Numbered from the stretch's first letter, positions 1 through 7,159 are shown. The stretch: 37,897 nt of DNA from Desulfurellaceae bacterium (GCA_023128455.1 JAGMDW010000040.1:1-37897); one strand, 5' to 3'. Notes: a model not told the origin generated them from the sequence alone. Made by a program: numbers and translations.

Positions 1-91
1 TGGCGGAGAGGGCGGGATTCGAACCCGCGATAGAGTTTACCCCTATTCTCGCTTAGCAGGCGAGCGCCTTCAACCACTCGGCCACCTCTCC
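1..91 (-). tRNA. tRNA-Ser (anticodon GCU), CCA encoded
   Basis: The reverse complement folds as a cloverleaf: acceptor GGAGAGG/CCTCTCC, anticodon stem CTCGC/GCGAG with loop CTGCTAA, a long variable arm, T-arm GCGGG-TTCGAAT-CCCGC, and 3' end GCCA. Confidence 0.93.
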
Positions 92-103
92 TCATAAAAA
101 AAA

Positions 104-190
104 GGCGGAGGAGGTAGGATTCGAACCCACGGTACCTCTCGGTACAATGGTTTTCAAGACCACCGCCTTAAACCACTCGGCCACTCCTCC
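104..190 (-). tRNA. tRNA-Ser (anticodon UGA), only CC of the CCA tail encoded
   Basis: The reverse complement folds as a cloverleaf: acceptor GGAGGAG/CTCCTCC, anticodon stem GTGGT/ACCAT with loop CTTGAAA, variable arm GTACC-GAGA-GGTAC, and T-loop TTCGAAT. The discriminator G is followed by CC and then T. Confidence 0.92.
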
Positions 191-229
191 GGCGCTAAAA
201 ATAATAATGTTAAACCACTTCTTTTCAAG

Positions 230-586
230 TTAAATAACGCCAAATGGGTTTGCATAGAGGATAATAAGCGCCACAACCAACATATAAATGGTCAAAGACT
301 CTATCATTGCCAGACCAATCATCATAACGGTCAAAAGCCTTCCTCCTGCCCCAGGATTGCGTGCTATCCCCGTTGTTGTACCCTGAATAGCCAAACCTTG
401 CCCAATACCACAGCCCAAAGCAGCTAAACCCAATCCTAATGCTCCAGCAAGTGCCACATACATATAATGATTGAACATTGACACATTACCCGCTATTACC
501 TCTTGTACCTCCTGAGCAAAAACAGGAGCTACCAAAAACAGCACAACCATACAACTAAGAAAAACAATTCCACTCTTTCTCAACAT
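230..586 (-). CDS. atpE: F0F1 ATP synthase subunit c, with an N-terminal signal-peptide-like extension
   Basis: The helical hairpin GIGQGLAIQGTTTGIARNP...MIESLTIYMLVVALIILYANPF is typical of c subunits. AAGGAGG lies 5 nt upstream of the ATG at 586; the ORF-track TTG at 589 is too close to the SD. Confidence 0.93.
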   Translation of the reverse strand: MLRKSGIVFLSCMVVLFLVAPVFAQEVQEVIAGNVSMFNHYMYVALAGALGLGLAALGCGIGQGLAIQGTTTGIARNPGAGGRLLTVMMIGLAMIESLTIYMLVVALIILYANPFGVI

Positions 587-652
587 CAAATCCTCCTTAT
601 CAAAAAATGCGTTCTAAAGTATTGCAAAAAATCAGATAAAGTCAATAAAATT

Positions 653-1318
653 TTATTCACCTCCACCTATAACATCGGCAATATATAAAGTAGAAAGTAA
701 TGAAAAGATAAAAGCCTGAATAACAGCCGCTAAAAGCACCAATGCCATTATGGGTAAAGGAACAAGCACTGGCATAAGAAAATATACAATAGCCAGCAGC
801 AAACCGCCGCCCATAATATTACCAAAAAGTCGCACTGAAAGAGAAAGAATACGAGCAAAATGACCAATTATCTCTATCGGTATCATTAAAGGTGTAAGCC
901 ACCATATAGGACCCATAAAATGTTTAATATACTTTATGCCATGTGTCTTTATACCTAAATATTGATAATAAACAAACACAATAAGTGCCATAGCAATTGT
1001 TGTATTCCAACTGCTGGTAGGAGGAACAAAACCAGGAACAAGTTCAACAATATTGGCAAAAAAGATAAACAAAGCCAAAGTAGCAATAAGAGGAAAATGT
1101 TTTTTGGTATGCTTGCCCAATATATCCTCAACAAAAGAGCACAACATCTCTATTATGCTTTCCACTACATTTTGAAAATTTGACGGCATAAGTTTTAAAG
1201 TCAAACGAACAATTAAAGAAAACACTATAATAATAAGCATTATAAACCAGGTAAAAACCAAATAATGCGGCAAATGAGTCAACTTAATCACAAAATCCAA
1301 TATCGTTGGTGCTTCCAC
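653..1318 (-). CDS. atpB: F0F1 ATP synthase subunit a
   Basis: Polytopic membrane protein with the conserved a-subunit region LSLSVRLFGNIMGG. GTG start is preceded by AGGAGG with an 8-nt spacer. It lies between atpI and atpE. Confidence 0.93.
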   Translation of the reverse strand: MEAPTILDFVIKLTHLPHYLVFTWFIMLIIIVFSLIVRLTLKLMPSNFQNVVESIIEMLCSFVEDILGKHTKKHFPLIATLALFIFFANIVELVPGFVPPTSSWNTTIAMALIVFVYYQYLGIKTHGIKYIKHFMGPIWWLTPLMIPIEIIGHFARILSLSVRLFGNIMGGGLLLAIVYFLMPVLVPLPIMALVLLAAVIQAFIFSLLSTLYIADVIGGGE

Positions 1319-1319
1319 T

Positions 1320-1682
1320 TTAATTTCCTCCTACTTTAAATAGATAATTAAAAGTCAGATAAAATGTAACCAAGACCAAAGATAAAGGCACTATGGAAAT
1401 GCCCCACAAAACGCCCCATACATTCAACTTACAAATACAAAAGACAAATAAAAGCAAAAGACCAATAAAAATATAACGAACTAAAGAACCAAACATAGCA
1501 CCTCTATTTCCCCTCACAAAATAAAATGACATTTTCTTCAACAAAAACCAATCAATAAAAATTATTACCCCTCCTATTATCACGCCTATGCACATCCCGG
1601 CTCCGCCGATAAGATAAGAGGAAACTATAGATAGAAAATACACTGTTGCATGTATCCGTTCAAGTCTTTTTATCGTTATCAT
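1320..1682 (-). CDS. atpI: ATP synthase protein I (AtpI-like small membrane protein)
   Basis: 120-aa hydrophobic protein with about 4 predicted TM segments, immediately upstream of atpB (its stop is 1 nt from the atpB start). The call rests on position and size, not on a strong motif. Confidence 0.7.
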   Translation of the reverse strand: MITIKRLERIHATVYFLSIVSSYLIGGAGMCIGVIIGGVIIFIDWFLLKKMSFYFVRGNRGAMFGSLVRYIFIGLLLLFVFCICKLNVWGVLWGISIVPLSLVLVTFYLTFNYLFKVGGN

Positions 1683-1950
1683 TTTTCAGCTTTTTAAAAC
1701 CTCTGTACATATTTTCAAAACCAGCAACAATACCAAAAAAAAGAAAAATAAAAAACAGCCAGGGGTGTAAGCTGGGAAACCATTTATCTAAAAAATACCC
1801 TATAGCTCCTCCAATTAACACCGAAAAGGCAACACTAAAACCTATCATTGTCGCCGTATATAAATCACGATAAAACTTCTTTTTTTTCTCGCTATCTTTT
1901 AATATCTTTAAATACCTCCTTTGAGATATCAATTGTTTTTCGTATATCAT
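1660..1950 (-). CDS. atpZ: AtpZ/AtpR-like small membrane protein of the atp operon (start uncertain)
   Basis: The core VAFSVLIGGAIGYFLDKWFPSLHPWLFFIFLFFGIVAGFENMYR resembles the ATPase_gene1 family, which has two TM helices and a GYxLD motif. The open frame runs to 2013 inside hemL. Candidate starts are ATG 1950, TTG 1932 and ATG 1848. Confidence 0.6.
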   Translation of the reverse strand: MIYEKQLISQRRYLKILKDSEKKKKFYRDLYTATMIGFSVAFSVLIGGAIGYFLDKWFPSLHPWLFFIFLFFGIVAGFENMYRGFKKLKNDNDKKT

Positions 1951-3181
1951 CCTCTGTATGTGCACAGGATAGAAAATTTGTTTCAAACTGGGACGGAGGG
2001 AGATATACACCATTTTTCAGCATACCCTTAAAATACATCGAAAACAAAGATGTATCACATCTGTTAACCATATCAAAATTCCCAGGCATCTTATCACAAA
2101 AGAACAAAGTAAACATAGAACCTATAAAACTCGCTTTTACGGGCAAGTTGCTCCTCTTTCCTTCTTCCTCCAATCCCAAAGCAAGCTTCTCCGTTGTTTG
2201 ATGAAGAGAAAGATAAGGGTTTTCTCTTCTTAAAATATCCAAAGTTTCAATTCCTGAAATCATAGCAAGAGGGTTTCCAGACAAAGTTCCTGCTTGATAA
2301 ACATCACCTTGAGGAGAAACAAGACTCATAACTTCTTTTCTCCCCCCATAAAGAGCCACTGGCATTCCTCCACCTATGACCTTCCCTAAACAAGTAATAT
2401 CCGGTCTTATGCCCATTAAATTTTGGTAACCGCCATAGGTAATTCTAAAACCCGTTAAAACCTCGTCGAATATAAGAAGACTTCCGTACTTTAAAGTAAT
2501 CTCTCTTAGAGCACTTAAGAAATTCTCATTGGGCAAAATCGTGCCCATATTACCAGCTATTGGTTCAACAATAACACAAGCAATAGTTTCACCTAATTCT
2601 TTAAACAGGTTTTGACAGGCATCTATATCATTATAAGGAAGAACGATGGTATGACGAGCAAAATCCTTTGGAATACCTGAGCTGGTGGGATTGCCAAAAG
2701 TTGCCGCACCAGAACCTGCCTCTACAAGTAGAGAATCAACATGTCCATGATAGCACCCTGTAAATTTCACAATATCTTCTCTCTTTGTAAATCCCCTGGC
2801 CAGTCTTAATGCACTCATCGCCGCTTCTGTGCCGGAACTCACAAACCTCAGTCTTTCAATGGACGGAATTGCTTTTATAATTCTCCTTGCTAATTCTGTT
2901 TCTAATATTGTAGGTGCACCAAAACTTAAGCCTCGTTCTGCAACTTTTCTCACTGCATCTATAACCTTTTCTGGCGCATGACCCAAGATAGCAGGTCCCC
3001 AGCTTCCCACATAATCTATATACTCATTGCCATCTATATCATAAATCTTACTGCCTTTTCCTTTTTGAATAAACAGTGGATCTCCGCCCACTGCTTTAAA
3101 CGCCCTCACCGGACTGTCCACTCCCCCGGCAATGTATTTTTCTGCCTCTAAAAACGCTGCCTCGCTCATCTTTTTACCCAT
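1892..3181 (-). CDS. hemL: glutamate-1-semialdehyde 2,1-aminomutase
   Basis: N-terminal GGVDSPVRAFKAVGG and full-length class-III aminotransferase similarity. GGGAGGG lies just upstream of the ATG at 3181; ATG 3169 is an alternative. The ORF-track start at 3241 lies inside purQ. Confidence 0.93.
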   Translation of the reverse strand: MGKKMSEAAFLEAEKYIAGGVDSPVRAFKAVGGDPLFIQKGKGSKIYDIDGNEYIDYVGSWGPAILGHAPEKVIDAVRKVAERGLSFGAPTILETELARRIIKAIPSIERLRFVSSGTEAAMSALRLARGFTKREDIVKFTGCYHGHVDSLLVEAGSGAATFGNPTSSGIPKDFARHTIVLPYNDIDACQNLFKELGETIACVIVEPIAGNMGTILPNENFLSALREITLKYGSLLIFDEVLTGFRITYGGYQNLMGIRPDITCLGKVIGGGMPVALYGGRKEVMSLVSPQGDVYQAGTLSGNPLAMISGIETLDILRRENPYLSLHQTTEKLALGLEEEGKRSNLPVKASFIGSMFTLFFCDKMPGNFDMVNRCDTSLFSMYFKGMLKNGVYLPPSQFETNFLSCAHTEDDIRKTIDISKEVFKDIKR

Positions 3182-3857
3182 TTTCCCTCCCGACGAAATC
3201 CAACACTTGCCTTCCATCCACACCACCCAAAAGCTCCTCACAAACCCTCTCGGGATGAGGCATCATGCCTAAAACATTTCCCCTAATATTACACACTCCT
3301 GCAATATTATGTAATGAACCGTTGGGGTTTGCCGCATCTTTTATCTCACTGTCCAATGTGCAATAACTAAAAACAATTTGCCCATTTTTTTTTAATCCTT
3401 CGTATGTTTCATTATTACACCAAAAATTACCCTCTTTATGAGCAATAGGCATCTTTAATATTTTACCCTCAATATTTTTGGTAAACACATATCCACTTCT
3501 CTCCACCTTCACGAATATATCCCTGCATATAAAACGCATATTGATATTTCTCATAAGTACGCCAGGAAGGAGTCCCGACTCGCATAAAATCTGAAAACCA
3601 TTACAGATACCTATAACAAATTTTCCCTCATCCGCAAATAGACCTATTCTATCCATTATTTTTGAAAACTTAGCCAGTCCTCCGACTCGCAAGTAATCCC
3701 CATAAGAAAAACCGCCTGGCAATATAATGCAGTCTATATCCCCCGCATCTTCCTGCTCATGCCAGATGTATACAGGCGTCCCTCCCAATGTCTTTATTGA
3801 CCAAAAAATATCTCTATCACAGTTTGTTCCGGGAAAAACAACAATCCCCACCTTCAT
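3174..3857 (-). CDS. purQ: phosphoribosylformylglycinamidine synthase I (glutaminase subunit)
   Basis: MKVGIVVFPGTNCDRD, the nucleophile region GICNGFQ and PGGFSYGDYLR match the class I amidotransferase of the FGAM synthase family. Its start overlaps the purS stop (ATGA). Confidence 0.95.
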   Translation of the reverse strand: MKVGIVVFPGTNCDRDIFWSIKTLGGTPVYIWHEQEDAGDIDCIILPGGFSYGDYLRVGGLAKFSKIMDRIGLFADEGKFVIGICNGFQILCESGLLPGVLMRNINMRFICRDIFVKVERSGYVFTKNIEGKILKMPIAHKEGNFWCNNETYEGLKKNGQIVFSYCTLDSEIKDAANPNGSLHNIAGVCNIRGNVLGMMPHPERVCEELLGGVDGRQVLDFVGRENG

Positions 3858-4090
3858 TGTATAATATCAACCGTCTCTATGATGGGATTGGAAAGTATAT
3901 CTTTAGATATACTTTCCACTGTTTTTTGTGTTTCTTTTCTATTTGACCCTTCCACTTCTATTTCAAAATATTTCCCTACCCGTATATCTTTAATCCTCTT
4001 TTCCCCTCTTCTCTCTATTACTTTTCTTATCGCTTTTCCCTGCGGATCTAATATTCCCTGTTTTAGTTTTACCACCACTACGAAACGCAC
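3854..4090 (-). CDS. purS: phosphoribosylformylglycinamidine synthase subunit PurS
   Basis: 78-aa protein with VKLKQGILDPQGKAI typical of PurS. GTG start. It lies between purC and purQ. Confidence 0.9.
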   Translation of the reverse strand: MRFVVVVKLKQGILDPQGKAIRKVIERRGEKRIKDIRVGKYFEIEVEGSNRKETQKTVESISKDILSNPIIETVDIIQ

Positions 4091-4782
4091 CTTATTCTCT
4101 CCAAAACCTTTTCATATCCTTCTATCAAATCACCTAAGTCAAACCTAAACCTATCTTTATCCAACACCTCACCTGTTTTAATATCCCACAATCTTGCTCC
4201 GTCCGGTGTAATCTCATCCGCAAGTATGAGTTTCCCCTCTTCATCTCTGCCGAATTCAATTTTAAAATCTACCAGCAGAATATCTGCTTGTTCAAACTTC
4301 TTCCTTAGTAAATCATTAACACAAAAGGCAATTCTCTTCATCTCTTCAATTGTTTCTTCGTCCGCTATATCAAATACCCGAATATGATATTCATTGAGCA
4401 TAGGATCACCCAGCTCATCACTCTTATAGTAAAACTCAACGATGGGGAATTTCAGCTTTCCACCTTTCTTTAAACCCATTCGCTTAGATAGAGAACCTGC
4501 AATAACATTTCTCACCACAACTTCCACGGGTATAATTTCTACTTTTCTTACCAAAATTTCATCCTGCGATATTTCTCTTACAAAATGCGTGTCGATGCCT
4601 GCCTTTTTTAACCAGTCAAAAGCAATAGTGGTTGCCTCCTTATTTAGTCGCCCCTTCCCCTTTACTATGGCAAACTTCTTCCCGTTGAATGCTGTAGCAT
4701 CATCCTTGAAGTGCATAATCAAAAACCTGGAGTCTCCTGTCTTATAAAGAATTTTTGCTTTCCCTTCATATATCGATTTCAT
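4078..4782 (-). CDS. purC: phosphoribosylaminoimidazole-succinocarboxamide (SAICAR) synthase
   Basis: MKSIYEGKAKILY..., IPVEVVVRN and LADEITPDGARLWD are SAICAR synthase signatures. AGGAG lies 4 nt upstream of the ATG at 4782; the ORF-track start at 4842 lies inside the upstream gene. Confidence 0.94.
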   Translation of the reverse strand: MKSIYEGKAKILYKTGDSRFLIMHFKDDATAFNGKKFAIVKGKGRLNKEATTIAFDWLKKAGIDTHFVREISQDEILVRKVEIIPVEVVVRNVIAGSLSKRMGLKKGGKLKFPIVEFYYKSDELGDPMLNEYHIRVFDIADEETIEEMKRIAFCVNDLLRKKFEQADILLVDFKIEFGRDEEGKLILADEITPDGARLWDIKTGEVLDKDRFRFDLGDLIEGYEKVLERIRCVS

Positions 4783-4789
4783 AACACTC

Positions 4790-6076
4790 CTATAAATTTT
4801 TGATGTGAGAAATAAAGCTTTCTTTGTCCTCTCCACCCACATCTATAAGCCATTCAAACATTTCCTTGTCCTTTTTTGTGGTAGTAACTTTCTCAAAAAA
4901 GTCCGTGTTTATTACTATTCCAGCCGCCAGAAGGAAAGCAATTTTTCTCTCCGGCTTTATGTCATGTCTCATATACTCATCAGCCACAATAGCCGATGTG
5001 CTGCCCCAAGGCTCTGTCCTTATTCGAGCCACTTCTTTTAATCTTATATCGCCGAATCGATGATGATCGATAATTTCCTCAATAACACAACTGAATATAC
5101 CCTCCGGTGCATTAAGCGTATCAGAATGATCAATTAAAATAACTCTTTTTGCAACATATTTAGCAAGATCTGTGCGTGTTACCACTCCCAAAACCTTCCC
5201 CGTTTTTTCATCAATCACGGGTAAGGCACGATTGGGAGATGTAAGCATTCTTTCCCTTATATCATCTACTTTTTCTCCCTGTCTCGTCGTGCTCTCGCCC
5301 TTATTGGCAATCACATAAACAGGCGCACTCCATTCAATCAAACCAACTGTGGTACAAGCACCATAGGGAGAACAAATAACAGAAACTTCATTTTTTTTCG
5401 CAAGTTTAAGCAGCTCTTCACTCAACTCATAACCGTCAAATATCACTAAACATCTCACCTTTTTTTCAATAGCCACCCTTTGTACATCTTCCCTGTCTCC
5501 TACCACAGCTACCACTCCTCTCGCATCGAAAGTATCTATAGCAGAACAAAACCTTTCCGCACTAGTAGCAACCACCGTAATGTTAGATATAAATTCTTCA
5601 TCTCCGTCCACACTATTTACTACATCACCAGATACAGATCTCGACATCAACTCAATACTCGTTTTCACTCTCCGAAATACATCAGGGACAACGGTAGATA
5701 TACTCTTCTTAGCAATATCGATAAAGCCCACCAATCCAAAAAACTTGTCCTCATTATCTACCACCGGAACAACACGAATATCTTCCTTAACCATGATCTT
5801 AAACACCTCTACGACGGGAGCACCTAAAGGGGCTACAATCACTCTTTTTGTCATAATATCTGAAACATGAAGATTCAAGTCTTCCATAAGTGGAGGATAT
5901 TTTATCAGTACAAAATCTAAAATCTTCATTGTTCTCACTTCTAACAATCCTGCCGTGACAGGGACATACTTGTCTTCCCGCGTAATCTTCTTCTTTAGAT
6001 AAGCATAACCGATAACAGATGCAATTCCATCTGTATCAGGATTCCTTCGTCCAATAACAAAAACTTTATCTGTCAT
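4790..6076 (-). CDS. DHH-domain protein with a CBS-DRTGG-CBS insert (CBS-type family II pyrophosphatase-like, but lacking the DHHA2 domain)
   Basis: DHH motifs are present: GRRNPDTDG, LIDHSD, IIDHHR. CBS1 is VSDIMTKRVIV...VPVVD. The DRTGG-like segment is VVGDREDVQRVAIEKKVRCLVIFDG. CBS2 is ...ALPVIDEKTGKVLGVVTRTDL. The protein ends at ...TTTKKDKEMFEWLIDVGGEDKESFISHIKNL, which aligns with the DHH/DHHA2 linker of B. subtilis PpaC as I recall that sequence. Confidence 0.8.
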   Translation of the reverse strand: MTDKVFVIGRRNPDTDGIASVIGYAYLKKKITREDKYVPVTAGLLEVRTMKILDFVLIKYPPLMEDLNLHVSDIMTKRVIVAPLGAPVVEVFKIMVKEDIRVVPVVDNEDKFFGLVGFIDIAKKSISTVVPDVFRRVKTSIELMSRSVSGDVVNSVDGDEEFISNITVVATSAERFCSAIDTFDARGVVAVVGDREDVQRVAIEKKVRCLVIFDGYELSEELLKLAKKNEVSVICSPYGACTTVGLIEWSAPVYVIANKGESTTRQGEKVDDIRERMLTSPNRALPVIDEKTGKVLGVVTRTDLAKYVAKRVILIDHSDTLNAPEGIFSCVIEEIIDHHRFGDIRLKEVARIRTEPWGSTSAIVADEYMRHDIKPERKIAFLLAAGIVINTDFFEKVTTTKKDKEMFEWLIDVGGEDKESFISHIKNL

Positions 6077-7125
6077 TTTTTCTCCTTTGCCTCTTCCCAG
6101 GAAGCAAATAAGGCATCTTCTTTCTCTTTTCTCATCTCACACATACTACACAGCTCCTTTTCACCCACAGAATAAAAAACAGTGCCGCAATGCGTACACA
6201 CCTGCCTTCTTAGCTCTTTTAATTTTACCACATCCTCGTTTAACAATACCACATTAGCTTTCTTCTCACAAATAGCCTTTCTCATACAAACATCTATACA
6301 ATTTCTACAACCTACACATAGGAAAGGAGAAAAATATATTATACCTTTTCTATCGTCTTTTTCTATAGTGATAGCCTTCGTAGGACAGACAAAAACACAT
6401 GCACCACACAGATTGCAATCATCACTTATAGATATATTCAATAGAAAATCTGTTTCTCTTTCAGATAAAGGTTCTTGAACTAAATCCATAAAGAATAATC
6501 TTCGAGGTTTTTCTGCCCGCATATCCCTTATGGGCTTAGCAAACATCTTAAAAAATTCCCGGCGTGAAGACTCCTCTTCTTTTATTTCCTCTTCGGCTAC
6601 CTCTTGTTTAATAATAGGTCTTTCTTTAATTCCGGAAGAGAAAAGAATATCCTCTAAAAATTTCATATTTCTTTCAAAAACAAACAAACTCTTTTCATAT
6701 CCACAGCCGTTACATTCACCTTTAACTATCTCTACCTTAACCCCCGTTTTAATAAGTTTAAATAAAATATTTTCCGTTAATCTGCTAATACAAGATAAAA
6801 CCACATTATATGAATCTTCATCCGCTTTTGCCTTGCTACACAAAAAACGCACTTTTTTTCTTTTTGCCTCTTTCAATATTTTATTTAAAACAATCTCATC
6901 AAAATTATCCCCTAACTTTATTGCCCCTGCTTTGCAGGCAGAATAACATATACCACATCCATTACAATCTTTGGTTATCTTATATTCTCTTGTAGAAAAC
7001 GATATAGCACCTTGCGGACATGATCTTATGCAATCATCACACGCGCTGCGTGCAAAGAGCAATTTCGCACAATGTTTCTCATTAATTCTCACATCACCAC
7101 AAGAGGAAGCATCAAAAACCTTCAT
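6073..7125 (-). CDS. uncharacterised multi-cluster 4Fe-4S ferredoxin-domain protein with a C-terminal CxxC...CxxC ribbon
   Basis: Cys motifs: C19-x9-CxxCxxxCP, CNGCGICYSAC, CNGC, CNLCGACVFVCP, CVGCRNCIDVC, and CTHC-x12-CSMC. Its stop overlaps the start of the DHH/CBS gene (ATGA at 6073-6076). Confidence 0.8.
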   Translation of the reverse strand: MKVFDASSCGDVRINEKHCAKLLFARSACDDCIRSCPQGAISFSTREYKITKDCNGCGICYSACKAGAIKLGDNFDEIVLNKILKEAKRKKVRFLCSKAKADEDSYNVVLSCISRLTENILFKLIKTGVKVEIVKGECNGCGYEKSLFVFERNMKFLEDILFSSGIKERPIIKQEVAEEEIKEEESSRREFFKMFAKPIRDMRAEKPRRLFFMDLVQEPLSERETDFLLNISISDDCNLCGACVFVCPTKAITIEKDDRKGIIYFSPFLCVGCRNCIDVCMRKAICEKKANVVLLNEDVVKLKELRRQVCTHCGTVFYSVGEKELCSMCEMRKEKEDALFASWEEAKEKK

Positions 7126-7130
7126 ACTAA

Positions 7131-7159
7131 ATTATATCAAATATATCTTGTTTTCTCAA
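7131..7159 (-). promoter_or_regulatory. sigma70-type promoter for the Fe-S/DHH-CBS/pur/hemL/atp gene string
   Basis: On the minus strand: TTGAGA (7159-7154), 17-nt spacer, extended -10 TGATATAAT (7139-7131). The ATG at 7125 follows only 5 nt later, with no SD between. Confidence 0.5.

Noticed and set aside
191-229. Terminator between atpE and the tRNA-Ser genes.
   Set aside because: There is no convincing GC-rich hairpin or U-run in the 39-nt spacer. The tRNAs may be co-transcribed with the atp genes or have their own promoter, and I cannot tell which from the sequence.
616-645. Possible internal promoter in the atpB-atpE spacer (minus strand: TTGACT, 18 nt, TACTTT).
   Set aside because: The -10 match is poor and the spacer is AT-rich, so a chance match is likely. 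There is no supporting structure or conservation that I can evaluate.
6073-7125. Tat-dependent export of the Fe-S protein, based on its SRREFFK motif.
   Set aside because: The motif is internal (residue 187), lacks a following hydrophobic region, and the protein has no N-terminal signal. It is kept only as a possible fusion relic.
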